DNA of 64,000 nucleotides, from positions 2,368,001 through 2,432,000 of the forward strand of contig CBDEGZ010000003.1 in the NCBI GenBank assembly GCA_965238175.1. Reading direction: 5' to 3'. This DNA comes from Gammaproteobacteria bacterium (lineage in GTDB: Bacteria; Pseudomonadota; Gammaproteobacteria; CAJXQU01). Positions 44,990 to 52,565 of the stretch are shown piece by piece (position 1 is the stretch's first letter; the number at the start of each line of letters is the position of its first letter). Made by a program: the position numbers and the translations under genes. Under the pieces are notes generated by a model. It was not told the origin of the DNA and made no database searches. It saw only the letters and a program-made list of their open reading frames with translations.

Positions 44990-46146
44990 GCTTTCTCCTC
45001 AGTAATCGGCAAGGTAATATCAAATATAGTTCCGTGCGGTGCTACATCTCGAACGACAATTCCGCCACCATGTGATCGAACAACGGCCTGAGCTATAGAG
45101 AGTCCTAAACCCGTTCCGTTAGCTCGCGTAGTCACAAAAGGTTCAAACAATGTTTCCCGGATATTTTCTGGAATACCCGTTCCATTATCTGCAAGCGAAA
45201 TTCGTACCATTTTTTCGTTATTTATCATCACATTTTTTGTAGTAATTATTATTGAACCACCGGATCCAGTTGCTTGTACTGCATTGTCGATCAGATTTTC
45301 TAGAATACTGTTCATCGCTTCTGGATTGATCTGTATTAAACAATCTGAAATATCAGGATCAATAATCAGATTAAGATCATTGGATTGAATATTTACCTCA
45401 ACCTGGAGTGTTAAATTTTCGATCAATTTCAGTAATGAAAATTGTTGTAGTTCAAAATTTTCACCACGCGCAAATAGCAACATATCTTCAATCAGTTTTT
45501 CCAGATAATTAAGACGCTGCAATGATTTTTGGGTGAATTTTTCTCTATCCTTTAGACCAAGATTAGAATGTGAAAGGTTTGATAGATACAGGATTGCAGA
45601 GGCTAAAGGTGTACGGATCTGATGCGCTAGCGCTGCGGCCATCTCACCTTTTGCAGAAAGACGTTTTGCACGATTTAGCTGTTCTTGTAATTGATGGGTT
45701 TCAGTCACATCTTTGATCAATAAAATTTGACCAGGCTCATCAATCATAGGTTGGGTTGAAATATTCACAACCCGGCCATTGACTAAGGAAATATCGTGGC
45801 CATCATCCCAACGCGGAGAAAAAGCGCGTTCGACGACATCACGCCAGAGTTCATTTTCCAAAGGTTGATCAAACAGATCATTCGCCGCAGGATTACATTG
45901 AACAACACGACCCTCCCCATTGAGCATCACAACCGCGCCAGGCAATGCTTGAAAAAGATTGCTCATGCGCCGAATTAAGATTTCGGTTTCAAGTGGACTA
46001 GTTTGGTTGTTGTTAGATCTTTTCTGGGACGATTGATCAGTTGTTGATCGATCTATTGTTGTAACAACGTTTAGGTTGTCTTTGGAGGAATTCTGATCGG
46101 CAGGTGTTTCTATATCGATCACATCTATTTGCTCACTCTGGTACAT
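44986..46146 (-). CDS. fleS: PAS sensor histidine kinase FleS/FlrB
   Basis: PAS with PR.DDGH.ISL..GR, H-box LAHQIRTPL, G boxes. Confidence 0.92.
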   Translation of the reverse strand: MYQSEQIDVIDIETPADQNSSKDNLNVVTTIDRSTTDQSSQKRSNNNQTSPLETEILIRRMSNLFQALPGAVVMLNGEGRVVQCNPAANDLFDQPLENELWRDVVERAFSPRWDDGHDISLVNGRVVNISTQPMIDEPGQILLIKDVTETHQLQEQLNRAKRLSAKGEMAAALAHQIRTPLASAILYLSNLSHSNLGLKDREKFTQKSLQRLNYLEKLIEDMLLFARGENFELQQFSLLKLIENLTLQVEVNIQSNDLNLIIDPDISDCLIQINPEAMNSILENLIDNAVQATGSGGSIIITTKNVMINNEKMVRISLADNGTGIPENIRETLFEPFVTTRANGTGLGLSIAQAVVRSHGGGIVVRDVAPHGTIFDITLPITEEKA

Positions 46147-46158
46147 ACACCAGAATGA

Positions 46159-46173
46159 GCAAGTAGTATGCCA
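46159..46173 (-). promoter_or_regulatory. Sigma54 -24/-12 promoter of fleSR
   Basis: TGGCATACTACTTGC, GG-N10-GC. Confidence 0.85.
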
Positions 46174-46235
46174 AAAATAATAGTGTTTAGCTTACAATGG
46201 CTTAATGATTTTTCTGTTTTCTTTAAGCCTAATTA

Positions 46236-46251
46236 TGTCAAGCGGATGACA
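46236..46251. promoter_or_regulatory. Candidate FleQ-binding enhancer
   Basis: Palindrome TGTCA-AGCGGA-TGACA (GTCA-N6-TGAC) about 63 bp upstream of the fleS -24 box, overlapping the fleQ stop. Confidence 0.55.
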
Positions 46252-47662
46252 CTTCGTCCCGGCGTTGCATATTGTATTTCCGCATCTTCTCAACCAACGT
46301 TGTACGCCCCAATTGCAAACGTTTTGCCGCATGCGCAACTACCCAGTTTGACTCATCCAACGCCTGTTTTATCATGCTAAATTCAAGGTTGGTCAAATGC
46401 TCTTTGAGATCAATCCCACCATGTGGCAGCCTTGGCATAATGCCATTGTCTTCCATCGCGTCTTCGTCGACTTCATCCAAATCACTGTCCTCAAGCACTT
46501 CTTGAGATTGGTATTTTTCAGGAAGATCTGTCACACCAACAGTTCCATTTGGATATAAGATTGATAGTCGTTCTATTAGATTTGCCAACTCACGAACATT
46601 TCCAGGCCAGCCATACTTACTTAGGGACTGAATAGTCGTCGGTGACAAGCTGATACTACCATTACCTTCATGCTCAAGACGTTCTGTTAAATCATTGATC
46701 AACAAAGGAAGATCTTCAATTCTATCTCTGAGTGGCGGCGTTTCGATCGGGAATACATTTAAACGATAAAACAGATCTTCTCTGAAATTACCTTCTTCAA
46801 TCGCTTCTTCTAAATTCACATGAGTGGCTGCGATAATACGGACATCCGCCTTGATCGCCTTATTACTACCTACTCTTTCAAAAATACGTTCTTGCAAAAC
46901 ACGCAATAACTTGACTTGCATTGATTGGCTCATATCCCCGATTTCATCGAGAAATAATGTTCCACCTTCTGCAATTTCAAATCGCCCCTGACGAGTCGTT
47001 ATCGCACCTGTAAATGCTCCTTTTTCATGACCGAATAATTCACTCTCTAAAAGATCGGGGGGAATAGCACCACAATTGATAGGAACGAAAGGTTTATTTT
47101 TTCGTGGTGAATGATAATGAACATGTCTGGCAATTACTTCTTTACCCGAACCAGATTCTCCAGTGATCAAAACATTAGCATCTGAAGTTGCCACCATTTC
47201 AATCATTCGACGGACTCGTTGTATCCCTTTACTACTCCCGACTAAGGAACGGAATAATTCTAACGATCTCGGAGCGCCATCTTCATGTCTATTCTCACGA
47301 TATGTATCCACTTTTTCCAGAACTACCGAAAGTTGTTTTTGTCTCAACGGTACGTTTGCTTTAGCAAGGATCCCCGTTTCCAATTCAAAGTTCGCTTTGT
47401 TTTTATCATTATCAATAAGCAATACAACCGGAAGATATGGATCAGCTTTTTTGATCTGTCTGAAAACGTCCATTAATATTTTCGTTTCAGTACAACCACC
47501 TAGCAGTAAAATTTGTGCACTATCTTTCCCACCAAGATGTTGTTCCCAACTTTCATGATCGACTGCATAAACGGGTGAATATTCCAAAAATTCTAAAATT
47601 GATTTGATGTGTTCTCGTTGTTCTTTATCGTCTTCTACGATAAGTACACTACCATTGGCCAT
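46238..47662 (-). CDS. fleQ: Flagellar master regulator FleQ/FlrA
   Basis: Degenerate REC, LFRSLVG.S, GESGSGKE, GAFTGA, RTTLVEKMRKY. Confidence 0.96.
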   Translation of the reverse strand: MANGSVLIVEDDKEQREHIKSILEFLEYSPVYAVDHESWEQHLGGKDSAQILLLGGCTETKILMDVFRQIKKADPYLPVVLLIDNDKNKANFELETGILAKANVPLRQKQLSVVLEKVDTYRENRHEDGAPRSLELFRSLVGSSKGIQRVRRMIEMVATSDANVLITGESGSGKEVIARHVHYHSPRKNKPFVPINCGAIPPDLLESELFGHEKGAFTGAITTRQGRFEIAEGGTLFLDEIGDMSQSMQVKLLRVLQERIFERVGSNKAIKADVRIIAATHVNLEEAIEEGNFREDLFYRLNVFPIETPPLRDRIEDLPLLINDLTERLEHEGNGSISLSPTTIQSLSKYGWPGNVRELANLIERLSILYPNGTVGVTDLPEKYQSQEVLEDSDLDEVDEDAMEDNGIMPRLPHGGIDLKEHLTNLEFSMIKQALDESNWVVAHAAKRLQLGRTTLVEKMRKYNMQRRDEVSSA

Positions 47663-47866
47663 CTTTGATTAATCCTTATATGAGTTAGTTTATTAAAATA
47701 GAGCGTGCAGAGGTGCTTGTTATAACTTCTAACTTATAACTACAAGTTTCAAAAACAATTTTTCCGTATCTAGTGATATAGAGTACGACACTCCCCCTCC
47801 CAGGTAACAGTAAGTAAAGCACTTAAACTGTTACTGGTCAAAATTCTGTCGTAGAGTTAATGATTG

Positions 47867-48430
47867 TTAACTTTGTGTTCTATTGCGTGCGATCTGTTTA
47901 CGATGATAGAGAAAGATCATACGGGTTAAATCATCCATTACGTTATCACCTGTCAGTAAAATTTGTGCCTCAATCTCAGGTGTTAATGTACTGTCTAAAT
48001 TACTGTTCGTGACAACAACTGGAAGCTCAAGTGCTGTCGGATATTTTTGACTCAGATATATTGATACGATACAAAACTCTTCCTTGTTTAAGGAAATATC
48101 TGGTTGCCAACAAAGATGTTGCGCACTCATTTTCAAGCTTTTTATTTCGGGCCGATTCTGTTGATCAAGAAGCACTCTTGCGAGTAATTCAGTAACAAAA
48201 TCAATCTTTTGTTCTAATCTGTGTAATTCAGCTGAGTTACTGTTTTTTAAATCAGGATTTATTTGTTCATGCCCTAACTGTTCTAGGGTAATGATCGCAT
48301 TTAATACCTCTTGAGCAGAGTTATTAAGATCATGAATTTTATCGTACGAGAAAGACGATTCTATACGTTTTTCACTGATCGAGAACCTATCTTCGAAAGC
48401 GAGGACATTTGAGAAATTATTCTCACTCAT
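47867..48430 (-). CDS. Atypical (tPilZ-like) PilZ-domain protein
   Basis: EL.RLEQKIDF..ELL, SA..LCW, L.LP..V, L.R.IF..HRKQIAR. Confidence 0.6.
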   Translation of the reverse strand: MSENNFSNVLAFEDRFSISEKRIESSFSYDKIHDLNNSAQEVLNAIITLEQLGHEQINPDLKNSNSAELHRLEQKIDFVTELLARVLLDQQNRPEIKSLKMSAQHLCWQPDISLNKEEFCIVSIYLSQKYPTALELPVVVTNSNLDSTLTPEIEAQILLTGDNVMDDLTRMIFLYHRKQIARNRTQS

Positions 48431-48598
48431 AATATTACTAAAACGCTTGTTTTTGTAGAAACAATTTAAAGAACCTTGTTACTTCCAAATCACATTATGG
48501 GTACATATCACCACATTCGCTGACTAAACTCCAGCAAATTTAAAAAATGATAATTTCAATGTCCTATTGTAAATTCTCAAAATTACTTTTAAAAACAC

Positions 48599-49003
48599 TT
48601 AAGCTGTCTCTAAATCAGGCTGAGCATTTGCTGGAACTGTACTCAGTCCTGCAGCAATATTCTGATTTATATTAATTAATACAGATATTTTTTCACGTTC
48701 AGGCTTTACCATAAGATCAAATGTTCTTTTATCAACAAACAAACTTATTGAAAGGATATCTTCACGCAATTTTTTAGGTAATTGGTTTTCATCGGAAGCA
48801 AGATCGACTTGAAAGACACTCCATAATTTCTGATTATATTTTAGCGCCTCATCCAGTTTTTGCTCCCTATCCGTTGCATCCCATCTATCTTGTACTGCCT
48901 GCAACATGGCTGCAGCCCGGTTAAGAATAGAAGCTTCCAACTGGCGTGGTGACATCGTAGCTTTATTTACTTTGTGATACGCATTAACTGCTGATTTCTG
49001 CAT
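48599..49003 (-). CDS. flaF: Flagellar biosynthesis regulator FlaF
   Basis: AY......SPRQLEA, AL.YNQKLWS.FQ.DL....NQLP..LR..I.SISLFV, LININ.NIAAGL. Confidence 0.93.
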   Translation of the reverse strand: MQKSAVNAYHKVNKATMSPRQLEASILNRAAAMLQAVQDRWDATDREQKLDEALKYNQKLWSVFQVDLASDENQLPKKLREDILSISLFVDKRTFDLMVKPEREKISVLININQNIAAGLSTVPANAQPDLETA

Positions 49004-49385
49004 GTCCTATAGTCTCCGTTTCCTTGTTTATTAATTTTCTGGCAAGTTTCAATGCCTTGTAATAATTATCTACTAATATTAAATCACTGATCTCGCTAAT
49101 CAGTGGCTCAAAACTTGGTGCGGCCTCTATAACATCTTTTACCAGCGACCAATAACTCTTATGGTTTTTACTCAAATTCTCGAAGCCTTCCATATACATA
49201 AGTTGTATCGATAAATAAATGCATCTGCACGGCGACGTTGCAGTCTCTTCGGTTAAAATATCTTTTTCACGAAGAATGGTCACCGAATTTAATACCGTAA
49301 ATTCAGCAGAACTGTCACCATTCATCACTACAGCCCCACCAATAAAGAGTTTTTCTCTTGGTTTCAACGCTATTTTTAACGGCAT
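48984..49385 (-). CDS. flbT: Flagellin translational regulator FlbT
   Basis: MPLKI.LKP.EK.FIGGAV..NGD, ILREKDIL.EE.ATSP...IY..IQLMY, YYKALK.ARKLI. Confidence 0.94.
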   Translation of the reverse strand: MPLKIALKPREKLFIGGAVVMNGDSSAEFTVLNSVTILREKDILTEETATSPCRCIYLSIQLMYMEGFENLSKNHKSYWSLVKDVIEAAPSFEPLISEISDLILVDNYYKALKLARKLINKETETIGHAEISS

Positions 49386-50180
49386 TTATACTAATGACTC
49401 CAAAACGTTATTACTCTCTGATCCAACAAAACTTTCAACAGGCACTGAGGATAAAATCTGTCTTATCTTTTCACTTGTCTGTGCCACTTGTTGATCACTT
49501 TCAAGTATCTTTCTTCCGATACTTTTATCCTCTAATACAATTTTATTTGACACTTGATCAACAGTCTCTTTCAGCTCTTGTTGTCGACTGTCCAATAATT
49601 TCTGACCTACTGAAGTCAGATCACGACCGATCTGTATCACTTCCACATCGGGTGTATTGGAATTGATAGAAGCAATCTTCAGGCCAATTTTATCTTGTTG
49701 ACCGGCATCCTTATTTTCAGAGGTTGAATCATTTACTCCTGGGATAAGTTCTTTGTAATCCTTCACTAAAGTCAGCTTATCGACTTGATTTTTAAGTGAT
49801 TTTATTGAATTTATGAATTCCACTCGCTCCGAACTTTGATTTCTGAAAGGCGGATATTGCTTTTCATACTGTTGGATTCCTGCACGTTTTTCATTAATTT
49901 GATTACCGACAGCGGCTAAAAACTTGTCAGCGTCTCGGAAAGTAGTTGCCACTTCATTGAATTTTTCATTACGGATTTGTTGAGTGATAAATCGATCATC
50001 TCCAGATGACAATTTAACATCGTCTTGCAAGATTGTTGATGGTGCTCTCGATACTTGATTTAATTCACTAACTTTTAAAGCTTTATTTTTTCCAACCCCC
50101 TCTAACTGAGGGAGTGACGGAAGATTAACTTTTGCTGCGACGGAAGAAACCGCCACCGATCCTTCACTTAATTGATCCAT
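49386..50180 (-). CDS. Hypothetical protein with flagellin-D1-like helices, translationally coupled to flbT
   Basis: Strong RBS AAGGAGGAG; TAA abuts the flbT ATG; helical similarity to flagellin; K.YPPF motif. Confidence 0.75.
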   Translation of the reverse strand: MDQLSEGSVAVSSVAAKVNLPSLPQLEGVGKNKALKVSELNQVSRAPSTILQDDVKLSSGDDRFITQQIRNEKFNEVATTFRDADKFLAAVGNQINEKRAGIQQYEKQYPPFRNQSSERVEFINSIKSLKNQVDKLTLVKDYKELIPGVNDSTSENKDAGQQDKIGLKIASINSNTPDVEVIQIGRDLTSVGQKLLDSRQQELKETVDQVSNKIVLEDKSIGRKILESDQQVAQTSEKIRQILSSVPVESFVGSESNNVLESLV

Positions 50181-50208
50181 AGTGTTTCTCCTCCTTGAGA
50201 ACGAACAA

Positions 50209-50232
50209 GGGCCGATACCTGAGTATCAGCCC
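50209..50232 (-). terminator. Hairpin downstream of flagellin 1 (terminator or attenuator)
   Basis: GGGCUGAUAC-UCAG-GUAUCGGCCC followed by a weak U tract UUGUUCGUU. Confidence 0.6.
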
Positions 50233-50302
50233 CCATCCCTCACTATTTAGATTACTAAAACCCGATCTAAAATCGGTAGTTAATCGTCATAAAAGTTACT
50301 AC

Positions 50303-51145
50303 TTAGAACAATCTTAATACCGACTGTGCTGATTGATTAGCCAGACTCAATGAAATAATACTTAACTGCTGACGAGTTTGCAGCGCCAATAGATTGGCAC
50401 CTTCCTCGTTGGTGTCGGCCAATGTCAAATCATCCGCACCTGATCTTAGCGTATTAATTGTGTTTTGAGTAAACTCTTGACGCGCATTAACAATACCCAA
50501 ATTACCGGACAAAGATGTGCTCTGTGACTGTAATGTCAGTTTCGCTGCGTCTAACTGGGCTATAGCAGTATCAATATTTGTTGCAGTTTGGAGATCCGTT
50601 CCAGTTCCAACGCTTGTATCAGCAGCATTTAAACTTAGACCGGTAGACGATGCATCAAAACCCTGAATAACAGTATTACTTGAACCATCTTCGTTAAAAT
50701 TAACCGTCAAACTGTCTGACCCTAACAAATTAGTACCCTGGTATCCAGAATCATCTACAATTTGATTAATCTGTGCAACGATCTCATTAAACTGACTGGC
50801 AAGTTGAGCATCATCAGCCGTTTGGGCAGCAGTTGTGCCCGCAGTACCTGCCGCTGTTGCAAGTACACCTTGAGCTTGATCAATCAAAGAACGGATCGCC
50901 GTAATACCATTATCGGCAGCTTCCACAACTCTGATAGCTTGTGTCAAACCATCGCTCCTTGCTGCAAGTGCGTCTGCACGGTTAGTATTTGCACTTGCGG
51001 CAAAAAATGACTGTGCATTATCCAAAGCACTGTTTACCCGTTTACCCGTAGCTAAACGTTCTTGTGTCCGTGCTGTTAATTTATCTGTTTGTTGAAGTGT
51101 TAATAAATTTGAGCGTAAGCCCGCGCTGAGAGATATCTCACTCAT
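50303..51145 (-). CDS. Flagellin 1, short alphaproteobacterial-type (280 aa)
   Basis: MSEISLSAGLRSNLL.LQQT...TQERLATGKRVNSALDN; LADTNEEGANLLALQTRQQL...SLSLANQS.QSVLRLF; ATG at 51145 follows an AGGAG RBS. Confidence 0.95.
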   Translation of the reverse strand: MSEISLSAGLRSNLLTLQQTDKLTARTQERLATGKRVNSALDNAQSFFAASANTNRADALAARSDGLTQAIRVVEAADNGITAIRSLIDQAQGVLATAAGTAGTTAAQTADDAQLASQFNEIVAQINQIVDDSGYQGTNLLGSDSLTVNFNEDGSSNTVIQGFDASSTGLSLNAADTSVGTGTDLQTATNIDTAIAQLDAAKLTLQSQSTSLSGNLGIVNARQEFTQNTINTLRSGADDLTLADTNEEGANLLALQTRQQLSIISLSLANQSAQSVLRLF

Positions 51146-51173
51146 AGTCCTTTCTCCTTTTCTAGGTTTCAAA

Positions 51174-51196
51174 CATCAGAAAATTCTTAGCTGATG
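51174..51196 (-). promoter_or_regulatory. 5'UTR hairpin with AAGAAUU loop (flagellin 1)
   Basis: CAUCAG-CUAAGAAUUUU-CUGAUG at -51..-29 from the ATG. Confidence 0.65.
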
Positions 51197-51216
51197 ATTT
51201 GTACTACTCCTTTAAC

Positions 51217-51235
51217 ACACCTCATCCTGAGGTGT
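51217..51235 (-). promoter_or_regulatory. Candidate CsrA/RsmA site in the flagellin 1 leader
   Basis: ACACCUC-AGGAU-GAGGUGU, GGA in a pentaloop. Confidence 0.55.
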
Positions 51236-51267
51236 CCCATGCTTAAAAATTAAACATGTCAGATACT

Positions 51268-51294
51268 GTATCGTAGTCAGGAAAAATAACTTTA
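51268..51294 (-). promoter_or_regulatory. Sigma28 (FliA)-like promoter of flagellin 1
   Basis: TAAA-N15-TACGATAC vs consensus TAAA-N15-GCCGATAA. Confidence 0.7.
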
Positions 51295-51404
51295 GGATTC
51301 TATGTAAGGTAAAGCCAGCTATTAGTGAGAACCAGGTCATGTATTAATACCAACTTGTCGTTGGTAGCACTTAACCTTCATTTCCAAATATCACGGGTAT
51401 AAAC

Positions 51405-51437
51405 AAAAAATGGGACGGTTAATCGTCCCATTTTTTT
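51405..51437. terminator. Intrinsic terminator after flagellin 2 (bidirectional form)
   Basis: A6-TGGGACG-GTTAAT-CGTCCCA-T7. Confidence 0.85.
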
Positions 51438-51463
51438 CCATTTTGGATCTGGTCTATTTAATA

Positions 51464-52306
51464 TTAGAACAAGCTCAATACAGACTGTGCTGATTGATTA
51501 GCCAGACTCAATGAGATAATACTTAACTGCTGACGAGTTTGCAGCGCCAATAGATTAGTACCCTCTTCGTTGGTATCGGCCAATGTCAAATCATCCGCAC
51601 CTGATCTTAGCGTATTAATTGTGCTTTGAGTAAACTCTTGACGCGCATTGACAATACCCAAATTACCGGACAAAGATGTGCTCTGTGCCTGTAATGTCAA
51701 TCTCGCCGCGTCTAACTGGGCTGTAGCAGTATCAATATTTGCTGCAACTTGGAGATCCGTTCCTGTTCCAACGCTTGTATCAGCAGCATTTAGACTTAGA
51801 CCGGTTGATGAAGCATCAAAACCTAGAATAACGGTATTACTTGAACCATTTTCATTAAAGTTAACCGTCAAATTGTCTGACTCTAACAAATTGGTACCCC
51901 GATATCCGGAATCTAGTACAATGTTATTAATCTGTGCAACGATCTCATTAAACTGAATCGCAAGTTGAGCATCGTCCGCCGTTTGTGTAGCAGTCGTGCC
52001 CGTAGTACCTGCCGCTGTTGCAAGTACACCTTGAGCCTGATCAAGTAAAGAACGGATCGCAGTAATACCGTTATTGGCCTCTTCCACAACTCTGATAGCT
52101 TGCGTCAAACCATCACTCCTTGCTGCAAGTGCGTCTGCACGGTTAGTATTTGCACTTGCGGCAAAAAATGACTGTGCATTATCCAAAGCACTGTTTACCC
52201 GTTTACCCGTAGCTAAACGCTCTTGTGTCCGTGCTGTTAGTCTATCTGTTTGTTGAAGTGTTAATAAGTTTGAGCGTAAGCCCGCGCTGAGAGATATGTC
52301 ACTCAT
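51464..52306 (-). CDS. Flagellin 2, short alphaproteobacterial-type (280 aa)
   Basis: About 23 of 280 residues differ from flagellin 1 (manual count); same terminal motifs. Confidence 0.95.
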   Translation of the reverse strand: MSDISLSAGLRSNLLTLQQTDRLTARTQERLATGKRVNSALDNAQSFFAASANTNRADALAARSDGLTQAIRVVEEANNGITAIRSLLDQAQGVLATAAGTTGTTATQTADDAQLAIQFNEIVAQINNIVLDSGYRGTNLLESDNLTVNFNENGSSNTVILGFDASSTGLSLNAADTSVGTGTDLQVAANIDTATAQLDAARLTLQAQSTSLSGNLGIVNARQEFTQSTINTLRSGADDLTLADTNEEGTNLLALQTRQQLSIISLSLANQSAQSVLSLF

Positions 52307-52334
52307 AATCCTTTCTCCTGTTCTAGGTTGAATC

Positions 52335-52357
52335 TACCGGACAATTCTTTTCCGATA
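52335..52357 (-). promoter_or_regulatory. 5'UTR hairpin with AAGAAUU loop (flagellin 2)
   Basis: UAUCGG-AAAAGAAUUGU-CCGGUA at -51..-29 from the ATG. Confidence 0.65.
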
Positions 52358-52407
52358 TTATTTAAAAATAAACATCCCGCATCCTTTCTTGGACTGCGTT
52401 GACCACT

Positions 52408-52434
52408 GTATCGGTTATCTCCTAATAACCTTTA
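52408..52434 (-). promoter_or_regulatory. Sigma28 (FliA)-like promoter of flagellin 2
   Basis: TAAA-N15-ACCGATAC. Confidence 0.78.
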
Positions 52435-52492
52435 CATTTATTTTTAATACACATAACAAAACATCCTGATTAAGATTTATAACCTCAAAACA

Positions 52493-52507
52493 TGGCACAC
52501 ATCATGC
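52493..52507 (+). promoter_or_regulatory. Sigma54 promoter of the glycosyltransferase operon
   Basis: TGGCACACATCATGC, GG-N10-GC, 58 bp before the ATG at 52566. Confidence 0.72.
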
Positions 52508-52565
52508 GTAATTTAACCGCTATATGTCATGATATTAAAAGAGTGAACAGTACCAACAGAACACG

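Noticed and set aside
51146-51172. Nine-residue N-terminal extension of flagellin 1 from the TTG at 51172
   Set aside because: It spans the AGGAG RBS; the paralog indicates the start is the ATG at 51145.
50303-52306. Diversity-generating retroelement or phase-variation cassette between the flagellin copies
   Set aside because: Both are intact genes with their own promoters, differences are scattered along the genes, and no reverse transcriptase or invertase is present.
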